From an uncultured delta proteobacterium (lineage in GTDB: Bacteria > Myxococcota > Kuafuiibacteriia > Kuafuiibacteriales > Kuafuiibacteriaceae): DNA of 32,000 nt. Under the pieces are notes generated by a model. That model did not search any database, was not told the origin of the DNA, and worked only from the letters and a program-made list of their open reading frames with translations. Within the stretch, counting starts at the first letter, position 1. Every line of letters begins with the position of its first letter. This document shows, piece after piece, positions 1 through 9,662 of this stretch. Where the stretch lies: NCBI GenBank assembly GCA_963803435.1, contig CAWDML010000012.1:1-32000 (forward strand), read 5' to 3'. The position numbers and the translations under genes were made by a program.

Positions 1-197
1 CCACCAACCTGGCCTTCCGCGACTGGGATTCGATCTTCCCGAACGCCACCTGTGCGACGGCCCTAATCGACCGCATCGTCCATCACTCCGAGATCATCGC
101 GATCGAGGGAGACAGCTACCGGCGACGAGAGGCCGAGGAGCAGACGCGGGCGCGGAGGACCACGAAGTCCGGTCCGAAAAAGCGCGCTCCTTCATGA
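1..197 (+). CDS. istB: IS21-family IstB-like helper ATPase, C-terminal end (5' part lies outside the window)
   Basis: Frame starting at nt 3 reads TNLAFRDWDSIFPNATCATALIDRIVHHSEIIAIEGDSYRRREAEE..., the conserved IstB C-terminus (W...F....A..DRl.HH......G.SYR). TGA at 195-197. Confidence 0.75.
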   Translation, partial: TNLAFRDWDSIFPNATCATALIDRIVHHSEIIAIEGDSYRRREAEEQTRARRTTKSGPKKRAPS

Positions 198-459
198 CCG
201 CCAACACAACATGCACCGCATTGGCATTTGCGTCGCCGCCCCGATTACGCGCCCCGCCTCGTCGAGGACTGGACCGCCCGAGATCCGCGATGACATCGGC
301 GGGGAGATCTCGATGCGCTTCTTCTCCCGCTCAATCTGGCGCCGACGTGCGCGGGTCGATTATCGTCGGGGGCATGGCGTCGATCCCATGGACACCGGAG
401 GCGAAGGAAAAGATCAACAGGCAGGGCTGCGGAGTCAATCACCGCATCAGGAGCGACGT

Positions 460-1521
460 TCAGGCGGAAGCCTCGAGAATGATGTTGATCGGGGTCTCCG
501 CCACGCGACGCACGGTAGCAAAGCCCGCCTTCTTCAGGATCTCGGCGATGCGCGCCTCTCCAGCCTGGGCCCCCAGTCCGAGTGCACCCTCCTGCGAAAG
601 AGAACAGGGCACGCAGATGGACGACGAGACGCTGTACATCATGGCCGCGATGGGATTTTTCTTGATGTTCTCTTTGCGATCGTTCAGCGCATTGGGCTCC
701 ACGAGCATGACCTTGCCCCCCGATTTCAGCTTGCTCAGCGCGTGACGCGCCGCTGACTCGGGATCGCCCATGTCGTGGAAGCAGTCGAAGAAACAGATCA
801 AGTCAAACTCACCGCCATAGCTCGTCGACGACGCCACCTCGAACTTGGTGCGCTCTGCCACCCCCGCCTCGTCGGCTCTCTTGCGAGAAGTGATGATGGA
901 CGGCTCGTGCATGTCGAAGCCATGGAAGGACGATCTTGGGAATGCCTCCGCCATCGCGATGGTCGAGGCGCCATGCCCACAGCCAACGTCGGCAACCCGC
1001 GCGCCCGCATCGAGCTTGGCTTTGACGCCGTCCATCGCGGGAATCCACCCGCCGGGAAGGTGCGCCTTGTATCCCGTTCGAAAGAACCACTCCGTTCCCT
1101 TGAACAGACACTCGTGGTGCTCACCCCAACCGAGGGCGCCATCACCACGGAAGGCCTTCTTGACCTTCTCGATGTCCATCATGATCGAAGCAAAGGCATT
1201 CATGGCGCGAGCAACGAACACCGGTGAATTTTCGTGAGCGAGAGCCATCGCCGCTTCGTCCGACAGCTCGTACTTGTCGTGCTCGGAATCGTAGTCCACC
1301 AGCCCGGCGGCCGCCTGCCCGTCCAACCACTCGCGCACCAAACGATGGTGACATTCCGCGCTCGTGGCGATGGCGTCCGAGCTCTGTGGCCCCTGACCGG
1401 CCATGGCTCGATAGAGTCCGAGCTCATCGCCAAGCCAGACGGCATGGCACAGAGTCGCGCCCGTCATATGGCCCATCATCCGGCCCATGAACTCCTGGAG
1501 TTTTGCTTCGTCGATATTCAC
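460..1521 (-). CDS. class I SAM-dependent methyltransferase
   Basis: ORF 460..1842 contains [19 protein letters not shown] (motif I), [16 protein letters not shown] and [12 protein letters not shown]. The likely start is GTG at 1521-1519, preceded by GGAGG (complement of 1528-1532). The upstream part of the long ORF is Arg/Pro-rich junk. Confidence 0.85.
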   Translation of the reverse strand: MNIDEAKLQEFMGRMMGHMTGATLCHAVWLGDELGLYRAMAGQGPQSSDAIATSAECHHRLVREWLDGQAAAGLVDYDSEHDKYELSDEAAMALAHENSPVFVARAMNAFASIMMDIEKVKKAFRGDGALGWGEHHECLFKGTEWFFRTGYKAHLPGGWIPAMDGVKAKLDAGARVADVGCGHGASTIAMAEAFPRSSFHGFDMHEPSIITSRKRADEAGVAERTKFEVASSTSYGGEFDLICFFDCFHDMGDPESAARHALSKLKSGGKVMLVEPNALNDRKENIKKNPIAAMMYSVSSSICVPCSLSQEGALGLGAQAGEARIAEILKKAGFATVRRVAETPINIILEASA

Positions 1522-2092
1522 CTTGTGCCTCCTTCGGGATTGGGCGTCGGACCATAGCCGACGCTGATATGGCGGTACAGGATGGATCCCGGCCGTAGCG
1601 ATCGTCGAGGGTCCCGCAGTCCGACGAAAACGGTCGCTTCGCTTGAATCCTCGATGGGGGCGGCTCCTTTCCGGCGCCCGAAGTGGTCGGAGATCGATCA
1701 CTTGATCCGTCGTAGGCGTGATTTGGATGCGGCATCGGGTCGGGGACGGCGCCCTGGTACCGAGCGGCATGGTTGCGGCTCTGCTCCTGCGACAGATGGA
1801 ACTCCCAGTAGGCATCGAAATCACCGGAAGCTCGGATCGCACGGAGGCGCAGGACCGCTTCGGCCGTGGTCAACGACCAGCGGGCGCCGGTCATCCGGTC
1901 CTTCACGAGATACCGGCACGCACCCTCTATGACTCCGGTCGCGAGGGGCAGGCCGTCTTGGAGGGCCTCCGCGTATCGAATGATGCGGGTTCGGCTCCGG
2001 TCGGACAGGTAGCCGCCTCTTCTCGCTCCGAGGGATCGATCCGGCGGCGCTGATCTCGTCGGTGCTGCCGTGTTCACCTCGCGCCGGGCCAT
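1424..2092 (-). pseudogene. transposase C-terminal fragment (ISKra4-like motif), N-terminally truncated
   Basis: Translation contains [65 protein letters not shown], recalled as the conserved C-terminal block of ISKra4-type transposases. Only about 110 aa of homology; no N-terminal or catalytic part. The rest of the ORF looks non-coding. Confidence 0.55.
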
Positions 2093-2338
2093 CGCCGGAG
2101 CGGCGCCTCGCCACCGCCGATCTCAGCGTCGCTCTTCGACATCGATGACGAGCTTACGAGCGACGGCGCATCAACCGACGAGCCACTCCTCATCTCGCGC
2201 AAGGAGCTGATCGAGGTCGGCGTCCCGACGTCGCGCATCCAGCGCTGGTTGAGCGCAGACTTGCTACTCGCGACCGATCGACGCGGCATCTACGAGCTCA
2301 CCCCCGAAGCGTGGGGCCACCTCGAGCCGCTGTTCTAG
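2051..2338 (+). pseudogene. start-less C-terminal fragment of a small HTH-like protein
   Basis: Open frame without any start codon reads ...DEPLLISRKELIEVGVPTSRIQRWLSADLLLATDRRGIYELTPEAWGHLEPLF, TAG at 2336-2338. It has an excisionase/MerR-like helix-turn-helix look and abuts the transposase fragment, so it was probably truncated by it. Confidence 0.3.
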
Positions 2339-2595
2339 ATCTGACGTGAGCAGACCGGGATCCACGCTGAGAACCGCGCCCAGAGCGCGGAGCTAGGGCT
2401 CGCACCAAGGACGAGGATCGCCGCCGCGATCTCCATGCAGCTCAACCCACGCGCTTCGGGCGAGTTGAGGATCGATCTGTTACCCCTGAGGAAGTCGAGA
2501 ACCGAGACGAGACGCCTTCGTGTCTCAGACCATTCACGCCCGTCACCGGGAAGTCCGCGATTCGGTCCAGCTGCTATCGTAGCATCAAAAGTGAT

Positions 2596-2949
2596 TTGAT
2601 TTGTGACATGAGACCAGTTATTGAATCAATATTGATTTATTACGATCCAACTCTAGCGCCGTTCGAGCAGATTCTGCTGGCGATTGGAGAGCGGGCCAAG
2701 CAGGTCCGGCTCATGAGGAACCTGAGCCAGCATGAGCTGGCGTTGCGCGCGGGCGTCGGGAGCGCCACGGTTCAGCGTTTCGAGAGGACGGGGCACATCT
2801 CGATGGAGAACGCGCTTCGGATCGCGTTCGCGCTCGAGGTGGACGATGGTTTTCGTCAATTGTTCGAGCGACCGAAGTACGGCTCGCTCGACGAAGCCTT
2901 GGCGGAGCCGAAAAGAGCCGGCAGGAAGCGCGCGAGGAAGCGCGGATGA
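2596..2949 (+). CDS. hipB: XRE-family HTH antitoxin (HipB-like)
   Basis: IGERAKQVRLMRNLSQHELALRAGVGSATVQRFERTGHISMENALRIAFAL is a typical XRE HTH. The stop overlaps the hipA start (ATGA at 2946-2949). The start is uncertain (TTG 2596, ATG 2608 or TTG 2632) because the first codons lie in an AT-rich operator-like stretch. Confidence 0.8.
   Translation: MICDMRPVIESILIYYDPTLAPFEQILLAIGERAKQVRLMRNLSQHELALRAGVGSATVQRFERTGHISMENALRIAFALEVDDGFRQLFERPKYGSLDEALAEPKRAGRKRARKRG
2624..2637. promoter_or_regulatory. perfect 14-bp palindrome AATCAATATTGATT in an AT-rich patch (candidate HipB operator)
   Basis: Read directly. It is self-complementary and sits inside an unusually AT-rich 2581-2645 stretch, immediately at the 5' end of hipB. 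Confidence 0.4.
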
Positions 2950-4232
2950 AGCTGAAGCCGGTCGATCGACTCAACGTCTACTTCGAGCCGACGGAAGGGC
3001 GGCGTCGACGCGTCGGTCGGCTCGCGCGAAGGCAGCGCGAGATCTTGTTCGAGTATGATGCAGAGTTCTTGGTCTCGAAGCTGGAGATCTCGCCGTTCAA
3101 GCTGCCGCTCCGACCTGGCGTGGTCGTCGGCGATCCGATGCTCTTCTCCGGGTTGATGGGTGTGTTCGAGGACAGCCTGCCCGACGGATGGGGACGGCTC
3201 TTGCTCGACCGGAGGATCGCGAAGGAGGGTCTCGAGCCGTCGGCGCTGACGCCTCTCGATCGGCTGGCGTGGGTCGGATCGCGATCGATGGGTGCGTTGG
3301 TCTACGAGCCCGAGTTCGGGGTCGAAACGCCGACGATGGTCGATCTCGCGGAGATCGCGAGCGAGACGGAGGCGGTGCTGGAAGATGCCGAGGGACCGGA
3401 TCTCGATCGATTGATCGCACTCGGTGGCTCGCCGCAGGGTGCACGTCCGAAGGCGCTGGTGCAGCTCGGCCCGGACGGGACGACGCTACTCTACGGAGCG
3501 CGTGAGATCCGTCCGGGGTTCACGCCGTACCTGGTGAAGTTTCGCGCGAAGGAGGATGACGCGCACGCGGGTCTCCTCGAGCATGCCTACTCGAAGATCG
3601 CGTGTGCCGCTGGTGTCGATGTTCCGGAGACGCGGATGCTCGGTCGCACCGCACGGCATCCGGGGTACTTCGCTGCGCGGAGGTTCGATCGTGTGGAAGC
3701 CGAGAAGCTCCACCTCCATACGCTCTGCGGCCTGCTCCACGCGCCGCACACGTACCCGTCGATCGGCTACCGGCAGCTCCTGCTGGTAACTCGATCGCTC
3801 ACGCGCAACGAGGTCGCGGTCGCGGAGATGTTTCGCCGCGCGTGCTTCAACGTACTCGCGCACAACCGGGACGATCATACGAAGAACTTCGCCTTTCGCA
3901 TGGACGGCGAAGGAGCGTGGCGCACGGCGCCCGCCTACGATCTCACCTACTCGGCCGGTCCCGGCGGCGAGCACTCGCTGCTCATCGGAACGGAAGGAAG
4001 GAACCCGACGACCGAACATCTCGAAGCGCTGGCGCGCGAGGTCGGGCTCAAACACGCCACCGCGATCATCGAAGAAGTGCGCTGGGCCGTGGACCGGTTC
4101 CGCGAGTTCGGCGATGAAGTCGGCTTGCCGAAGAAGGTCCAGGATCGCATCGCCAAGGCGCTCGGGCTCGCTTCCGCTCGGACGGTGAAGAGGCGAAAGG
4201 TACCGCCTACTCGACGCAGCAAGAAGCGCTAA
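2946..4232 (+). CDS. hipA: type II toxin HipA-family serine/threonine kinase
   Basis: N-terminal coupling-domain motifs (FEDSLPDGWGRLLLDRR, LDRLAWVGSRSMGALVYEP), GGSPQGARPKALV and the catalytic loop VLAHNRDDHTKNFAF. Translationally coupled to the HTH gene. Confidence 0.9.
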   Translation: MKLKPVDRLNVYFEPTEGRRRRVGRLARRQREILFEYDAEFLVSKLEISPFKLPLRPGVVVGDPMLFSGLMGVFEDSLPDGWGRLLLDRRIAKEGLEPSALTPLDRLAWVGSRSMGALVYEPEFGVETPTMVDLAEIASETEAVLEDAEGPDLDRLIALGGSPQGARPKALVQLGPDGTTLLYGAREIRPGFTPYLVKFRAKEDDAHAGLLEHAYSKIACAAGVDVPETRMLGRTARHPGYFAARRFDRVEAEKLHLHTLCGLLHAPHTYPSIGYRQLLLVTRSLTRNEVAVAEMFRRACFNVLAHNRDDHTKNFAFRMDGEGAWRTAPAYDLTYSAGPGGEHSLLIGTEGRNPTTEHLEALAREVGLKHATAIIEEVRWAVDRFREFGDEVGLPKKVQDRIAKALGLASARTVKRRKVPPTRRSKKR

Positions 4233-4841
4233 CGCTGATCGCGGGCTGATCGGCGGAGGGCTCAGGGTGCTCCGATGGCTCATCTCGCTCTTCACCGTGC
4301 CCCGAGATTCGCAGCTCCCGAATGGTCCGAGCCTTGGGTTGCTCAGGCGGCGATGACAGCGAGTCGGCGCGTCGATGGACGGATGAACGCTCGGTGAGCG
4401 GGCCGCGTTCATTCTCAGGCCGCGAACCGCATTTACGCGGTGCCGGCGTGGTTGGTTCGGCACTGTCAGTGGCCACGTAGAAACTTAGGAACAACGGCGT
4501 CATCAAGGACAACGTCTTCGACGACCTCCGGCTCACCCGGCCCAACTGCATCGTCAGGGGGCCGCGCACGGCGAACCTCACATCCACGGAAACTCATGTC
4601 CTTAGCGCGGTGCGCGACGATCGCCTCCCTGTTCACTCGACGTGGACGGTGGTCTCGTGCTCGACCCGTTGCGCCGCGTCGCGGACGGACGTCCGACCAC
4701 ACCGGATCGTCGACCTGCAGGGCGCTCGCTCCTTCGCACGGCCTAAGTGTTGCGCGGTGGTCCACGGTCACGGTGGTCGTGTAGCAGACACAGGCTGCCG
4801 CTGCGTTGACCGCGTTCCCACCGAATCGCAAGACAGCAGGT

Positions 4842-5075
4842 ATGAATGTTCGATTCGTCGGGGCGGGATGCGCGCTCCTCTTTGCGTTCTGCATCTCGAG
4901 CTGTGGAGCGAGCGCGTCATGCGAGAACCTGTGCGTGGAGTCGTTTCTTCAGGGCTGCAGCCAAGGTGCCCAAGCGCTTGGCGCCGACACCGCTCGCGAG
5001 TGCCCTACGGCCTGCGACTCCGTCGAGGCGCTGGTGAGAGACAAGGGCTGCAACGAGACGTATCGCACTATCTGA
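4842..5075 (+). CDS. small Cys-rich putative lipoprotein (possibly frameshifted, see findings)
   Basis: MNVRFVGAGCALLFAFCISSCGASASCENLC...: signal peptide plus a lipobox-like ISSC, with many Cys. A second frame continues with YLSCWGDQEDLCADACTAESGLIERCLGF up to 5158. Confidence 0.45.
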   Translation: MNVRFVGAGCALLFAFCISSCGASASCENLCVESFLQGCSQGAQALGADTARECPTACDSVEALVRDKGCNETYRTI

Positions 5076-5232
5076 GCTGCTGGGGCGACCAAGAGGATCT
5101 ATGTGCTGATGCGTGCACCGCGGAGAGCGGGCTCATCGAGCGATGCCTAGGGTTTTGATCCTCCCGGTGTGGAGGGCGTCCCTCGTGTTCGAGCTTGAGG
5201 AGAGATCCGGAGTCTGAGAACCTCCTCGCATC

Positions 5233-5364
5233 ATGACGCTTGCGTCTCATGACGGTGGGTGCCACTGCGGCGCGGGTCGGTACCGGGTCGAGCTCGACAC
5301 TTTCCTGGAAGCGATCGAGTGCAGCTGCTCGCGCGGGGCATCGAGGGGTGCAGGTGCCGCCTGA
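5233..5364 (+). pseudogene. truncated GFA/CENP-V-family fragment (43 codons)
   Basis: MTLASHDGGCHCGAGRYRVELDTFLEAIECSCSRGASRGAGAA* keeps the N-terminal GxCxCG..R and CxCS zinc motifs of GFA proteins but stops after 43 aa. An intact paralogue lies at 6178..6552. Confidence 0.45.
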
Positions 5365-5388
5365 AGGAGGCTGACCACGGGCATCGCG

Positions 5389-5982
5389 ATGAGCGAGAAC
5401 ACCAAGCGTGTGGTCTGGAAACGCTGGTTCACCCATGTCATCCTGATCGTGATCGTGTCGGCGGCCGTGTCCGCGCTGGTCATCTGGCTCAGCTCGATGA
5501 AGCGATGGTGGGCCGATGCCCTCACCACGTACGTGTCGGTCTTGATCATGAGTGGCGCGATGATCGGCGCCTATGCCGGCTGGGCGTTGGACGAGGTGGA
5601 CGACGCTCGAGAAGAGCGCCGGATGCTCCGGGCGATCGGTCTCATCGGCGTCCTCCTCCCGCTGCTCGTCGTGCTGGGATGGCAAGCGCTCGGCACTCCG
5701 TTCGATGACGCGCCGGGGAGCTGGCCCCGGTGGGCGGACGCTGTCGCGCGGGCGGTGATCTCGATTCCGAGCGTGGCGTTGGGCGTCGCGCTCCTGGTCC
5801 GGCTGGCCCGAACCGGCAAAGGGACCGCGGTGTGGATCACCGGAGCTCTGTTGTTCTTTGCGCTCATGCTCATGGGCGCATGGCCGTGGCTCGGCAGCTA
5901 CTTCCCGGTCTGGATACGGGTCGCGTGCCGCGTCGCGGTTGGTATTGTCGGGCCACTTCGGCACGCCGTCTGCCTGGACTGA
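5389..5982 (+). CDS. hypothetical multi-pass membrane protein
   Basis: 197-aa ORF with at least 5 hydrophobic segments (HVILIVIVSAAVSALVIWL, YVSVLIMSGAMIGAYAGWAL, IGLIGVLLPLLVVLGW, ...). High third-position GC. The antisense 311-aa ORF is Arg/Pro-rich. Confidence 0.6.
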   Translation: MSENTKRVVWKRWFTHVILIVIVSAAVSALVIWLSSMKRWWADALTTYVSVLIMSGAMIGAYAGWALDEVDDAREERRMLRAIGLIGVLLPLLVVLGWQALGTPFDDAPGSWPRWADAVARAVISIPSVALGVALLVRLARTGKGTAVWITGALLFFALMLMGAWPWLGSYFPVWIRVACRVAVGIVGPLRHAVCLD

Positions 5983-6177
5983 GCCCATCGCCCTCTTTCC
6001 CACCGACGCTCGAAGCCCTCAAGGTGCCGCCGCAGCGAGAACCGGATTGAGTCGGCAGTGAACCGCAGGCCTTGAACCAGTTCACCATCCATTTCCCGAT
6101 CACGTCACCCTCGAAAACCGACGCCAACAAAACTAGGGATCGTGGTGCGCTCGACCCATGCGGTGTGGTGTGCGGGG

Positions 6178-6552
6178 TCAACCGTGGACGCTCCAGCCGA
6201 GGACCTCCCAAGTGTCCGCTCCATCGAGATGGCGCACGCGCAAACCTGCGATCACCGCGGGGTCCATCATCCGTGCGTTCACGCCCATCTTCTCCGCGCC
6301 CTCCTTTTGGATGCGCTCCGAGTGCGTGGTGCATCCGCACGTCCGGCAGGTGTGCAGCTCGAGGATCCGATCACCCCATACATAGGCGAGCGTCGCTCCC
6401 GGCGGCGACACCAGCTTCACGTGCTCCGGCCGGTAGTACGCCCACAGGCCTGCGATGCGACGGCAGATAGAGCAGTTGCACTGGGTGAGCGTCTCGGGTG
6501 GTTCGGCGATCTCGAAGCGGACCGCGCCGCAGTGACAGGATGCGTCGATCAT
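6178..6552 (-). CDS. GFA-family (glutathione-dependent formaldehyde-activating/CENP-V fold) protein
   Basis: MIDASCHCGAVRFEI...CNCSICRR...HTCRTCGCTTH shows the characteristic Cys ligand pattern. ATG at 6552 chosen within ORF 6178..6588. Confidence 0.8.
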   Translation of the reverse strand: MIDASCHCGAVRFEIAEPPETLTQCNCSICRRIAGLWAYYRPEHVKLVSPPGATLAYVWGDRILELHTCRTCGCTTHSERIQKEGAEKMGVNARMMDPAVIAGLRVRHLDGADTWEVLGWSVHG

Positions 6553-6817
6553 GCGACTCGTCTTAGCACTCGGCGCGATCGAAGGCATCGATCGAGCCGA
6601 GCGAGCACTGTCGAGTACCGCGGAGCGAGGGGGCGGGTTCGCGTCGGGCGGAACGTGGCGAGGGGCAAAGACATTTCCCCTTCCAACGAGGAGTCGAACA
6701 CGGGCGGAGACCGATCGATGCGAACGAGCTTCCAGGGTGCCGGCACTTCGATCGATCGCAGCGCACGGGCGACGATCGACGGGGCGGGTTCGTAGTGTCG
6801 GCGTCGCTTCTTCCCGT

Positions 6818-7489
6818 GACGACCTCCAACCGCTTCTCGGCTGCCGTACGGAGAGCCACGACCATGGCGCTTCGTTCCTCGGCTGTCGGCGGCGCTACGC
6901 CGGCGAGCTCGACGAGCTCCACAGCCGTCGGCGACGAGAGGCGAGGTCGGTCCGGGCCGGAGCTCCGGATGTGGTCGTCGGCGACGGTGCGGTCGGCCTG
7001 CTCGCCGTGCTCTCCGCCGGACAGATGGGCGCCGAGCGGATCATCGCGATGAGCCGCCACGAGTCGAGGCAGAAGCTCGCGCGTGAATTCGGAGCGACCG
7101 ACCTCGTGGCCGAGCGGGGCGACGAGGGCATCGCGTGCATCAAGGAGCTCACGCGGGGCCTCGGAGCGGACGCGGTCCTCGAGTGTGTCGGTACGGCGGA
7201 GTCGATGAAGCAGGCGATCGGAGCGGCGCGTCCCGGAGGCTACGTCAGCTACGTCGGGGTCCCGCACGACGTCCAGCTCGATGCGCAGAACCTCTTCTTC
7301 CGTCACGTGCATCTTCACGGTGGACCGGCGCCGGTGCGCCGCTTCCTTCCCCAGCTGATGGAGCAGATCGCCGAGCGGAAGATCGAGCCGGGCAAGGTCT
7401 TCGATCTCGAGCTGCCGCTCGAGCGTGTTGCGGAAGGCTACCGGGCGATGGACGAGCGGCGTGCGATCAAGACGCTGTTTCGGGTCTGA
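6818..7489 (+). pseudogene. Zn-dependent alcohol dehydrogenase (MDR family), C-terminal half only
   Basis: From about 6965 there is clean Rossmann-half homology: VVVGDGAVGLLAVLSAGQMGAERIIAMSRHESRQKLAREFGATD...VLECVGTAESM...HGGPAPVRRFLP...AEGYRAMDERRAIKTLFRV. Region 6818-6965 shows only degraded similarity spread over two frames. The catalytic N-terminal domain is absent. Confidence 0.75.
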
Positions 7490-7708
7490 GGGGCGAGGAG
7501 GAGGAGCTGATCGAGATGCCTCGAGCCTGCGCGCGGATGCTGTTGCAGAGGTTCACGAGCGCCTGAAGTCCACCCGGCCCGAAGGCCAGCAGTCATCAGG
7601 ACGCCCGAAGTTTCGAGGTTGATACCACCGAGCACCATCGCGGGTCAGAAATATAGGCTGACCGACAGGATCGAGCCCAACCACGAGAAGCGGCCTCGGG
7701 CAGAGCCA

Positions 7709-8423
7709 TCAACGCGGCTTGCTCTGAGCATCGAGCTGCGCCTCGAGGAGCTGCTCGAACGCGCGCTTTCGAGCCGTCCGGTTCTCCTCCGTCTCGCCCT
7801 CTGCGGGCAGCTCCGGGTGCACCCCGACGAGCGCGACCGCGCCGTCGAGCACGATCGCAGCGCGGCCGTTCTCGTACGAGGCGAGGATCTGATCCGGCCG
7901 TGCGCCGGAGAACGCGGGGCCTTGCATCCACTCCACCTCGAACTCGCCCAGCTTCCCCTGAACCTGGGTGGTGCGGCGGAAGCCGGGTGCTCCCAGCGCG
8001 ATCGCAGCCGGGCCCAGGGCCGGGACCTCGGCGACGAAGCCTCGCGCCACTCCGAGCATCGCGCCGATCTCGGGCTTGCTGAACGGCACCTCGAATCCGC
8101 CCTCGGCCGGCGCCGAGATAGCCTCCGGCGCAGATCCCGAGGTAAGCAGCGCCGAGCTTCACGGCGCGCACGAGCTCCTGCTCGATGCTGCACATGCTCA
8201 CGTCGTAGCGCATGCGGAGCGCCGATCCCCCGGGCACCACGAAGACAGCCTGCGTCGGGTCGGCCCCGTCCCGGTAGTACGCCTCCATCATCGCGTTCGG
8301 GGCGCCCGCGACCACGCTGGCCTCATGGTCGTCCGCAAACGACTTCAGCGCGGTCTCCAGCCGGTCGGAGCACTCCGGATCGCTGCCGGTCGGCTTCATG
8401 AGATAGTAGGTCACCTTCGACAT
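7709..8423 (-). pseudogene. BPL_N-like / class I glutamine-amidotransferase-like protein with one frameshift
   Basis: N-part (frame of ORF 7596..8423): VFVVPGGSALRMRYD...VKLGAAYLGICAGGYLGA. C-part (ORF 7709..8089 frame): AEGGFEVPFSKPEIGAMLG...VALVGVHPE. The two join if one extra G in GGCGCCGGCCGAGG (complement of about 8101-8114) is removed. Confidence 0.65.
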
Positions 8424-8611
8424 CGGACCGCCGACTTCGGATCATACTCCCGGGGGCCCTCGGGATGTCGATCGTCGTCGCGCTTCGAGGCTAGCGACCC
8501 GCTCGGGGGGCGGGCACCCGGATCGTCTCTCATCGGGGGATCGAGGAGCCGCAGCATCCCACGTAGGCTCGGGGATGGCACGGCGACGAGCGACCCTATA
8601 CCATCGAACAG

Positions 8612-9286
8612 GTGAGCCGCGAGGTCGCGCTGTTGCTCCTCACGGTGGCCTGCGGCCAGCCGGAACCTCGGGTCATCGATCCGCCCTGCCCGAGGTTCTC
8701 CTCCGTTCCCGTCGCGCTGCAGCTTCATGGTCAGGTCGTGACGAGGTCCGTCTTCGCCGACGGCCTCGCGACGGCACGGATGCTCGACGATGACGAGTCG
8801 ATCGGCGATATCCCGCGGGAGCTCCTACCGGGCGCGATCCTCCGCCTCGACTTCCTCGCGGATACGCAGACGGTGTTCCTGCAGCTGGGAAACGCGCCGC
8901 TCGCGCTGACGAGCTCGGTCGTCGACGCGCACGTCCTGCAGAGCGATCTCATCGGAGGGTGGAAGCAGAGCGAGCTCCGTGACGGGACATCGGGCGCGCT
9001 GTTGCTGGCGAGCTGGATTTCGCAGGCGCCCATGCTGGCGGAGGTCGAGCTCGCGTACGCACCCGAGACGTCCTTTTGCACCGACGTGTGCGGGCGGTAC
9101 CAGCTGCAGGCCCTCGTCGCGCAGTCCGGAGAAGAGGCGGAGCAGTCGATCGGGGCGAACGGGCAGGCGTCCGTGGGCGGCTACGTGGCCGTCAACGCCG
9201 GAGCGTTGGTGTACGTCGAGCGCCCGGAGCGGTGCACGGATCAGTACGGACTCGTTGCGGGCTATCTCTCGGCGCGCGGGCCCTGA
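8612..9286 (+). CDS. hypothetical lipoprotein
   Basis: GTG start. N-terminus SREVALLLLTVACGQ carries a lipobox (LTVAC). 224-aa ORF with coding-like codon usage; no family recognised. Confidence 0.55.
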   Translation: MSREVALLLLTVACGQPEPRVIDPPCPRFSSVPVALQLHGQVVTRSVFADGLATARMLDDDESIGDIPRELLPGAILRLDFLADTQTVFLQLGNAPLALTSSVVDAHVLQSDLIGGWKQSELRDGTSGALLLASWISQAPMLAEVELAYAPETSFCTDVCGRYQLQALVAQSGEEAEQSIGANGQASVGGYVAVNAGALVYVERPERCTDQYGLVAGYLSARGP

Positions 9287-9318
9287 GCGGGAAGAGCGCA
9301 GAATATGACCCTCGACCC

Positions 9319-9639
9319 ATGGAAGGCACCGAAAGACGGTGGGAGGCTCTCGGAGGACGAGCTACTCCTCGCCCGAGTGGGTCCGCCGCTGTGGAAAAGA
9401 CGGTCGTGTTGTCGGGCATTCTGCTTCTGGTTCTGATCGTCCTGGTTCCCATCACCTTGCTCGTGTGCGTTCATCGACGATCCGCGGCTCTGCGACCAAG
9501 ACTCTCTTCGGCCGGGTGGCGGATAAGGTTGAAGAGCAGGTCATCTCGTCCGTCCTTGTCCTCGTCGCGCGGCGACCGTCGAAACCGAACGGTGTGCTGC
9601 GGCGTCGTCAACCGCGTCGCGCGTGCGACAGGGCGTTGA
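9319..9639 (+). CDS. small single-pass membrane protein (weak call)
   Basis: ATG 9319. It contains a 23-residue hydrophobic helix VVLSGILLLVLIVLVPITLLVCV followed by a basic tail. There is no homology evidence. Confidence 0.3.
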   Translation: MEGTERRWEALGGRATPRPSGSAAVEKTVVLSGILLLVLIVLVPITLLVCVHRRSAALRPRLSSAGWRIRLKSRSSRPSLSSSRGDRRNRTVCCGVVNRVARATGR

Positions 9640-9662
9640 GGAGCGCGCCGAACAGCAGACGC

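Noticed and set aside
3486-4463. 325-aa minus-strand ORF
   Set aside because: Antisense to the well-supported hipA gene. Arg/Pro/Ser-rich composition typical of shadow ORFs in GC-rich DNA.
4233-4805. ORFs 4440..4784 (+), 4466..4894 (-), 4610..5158 (+) in the gap after hipA
   Set aside because: No motifs, mixed codon bias and mutually overlapping. Left unannotated; it may contain further gene remnants or regulatory DNA.
5068-6003. 311-aa minus-strand ORF
   Set aside because: Antisense to the multi-TM protein at 5389..5982. Highly Arg/Pro/Asp-rich with no recognisable motifs.
7596-8423. Reading the 275-aa ORF as an intact gene
   Set aside because: After GICAGGYLGA the translation becomes Arg/Gly/Pro junk, while the adjacent frame continues with sensible sequence. 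It is therefore treated as a frameshifted gene ending at 7709.
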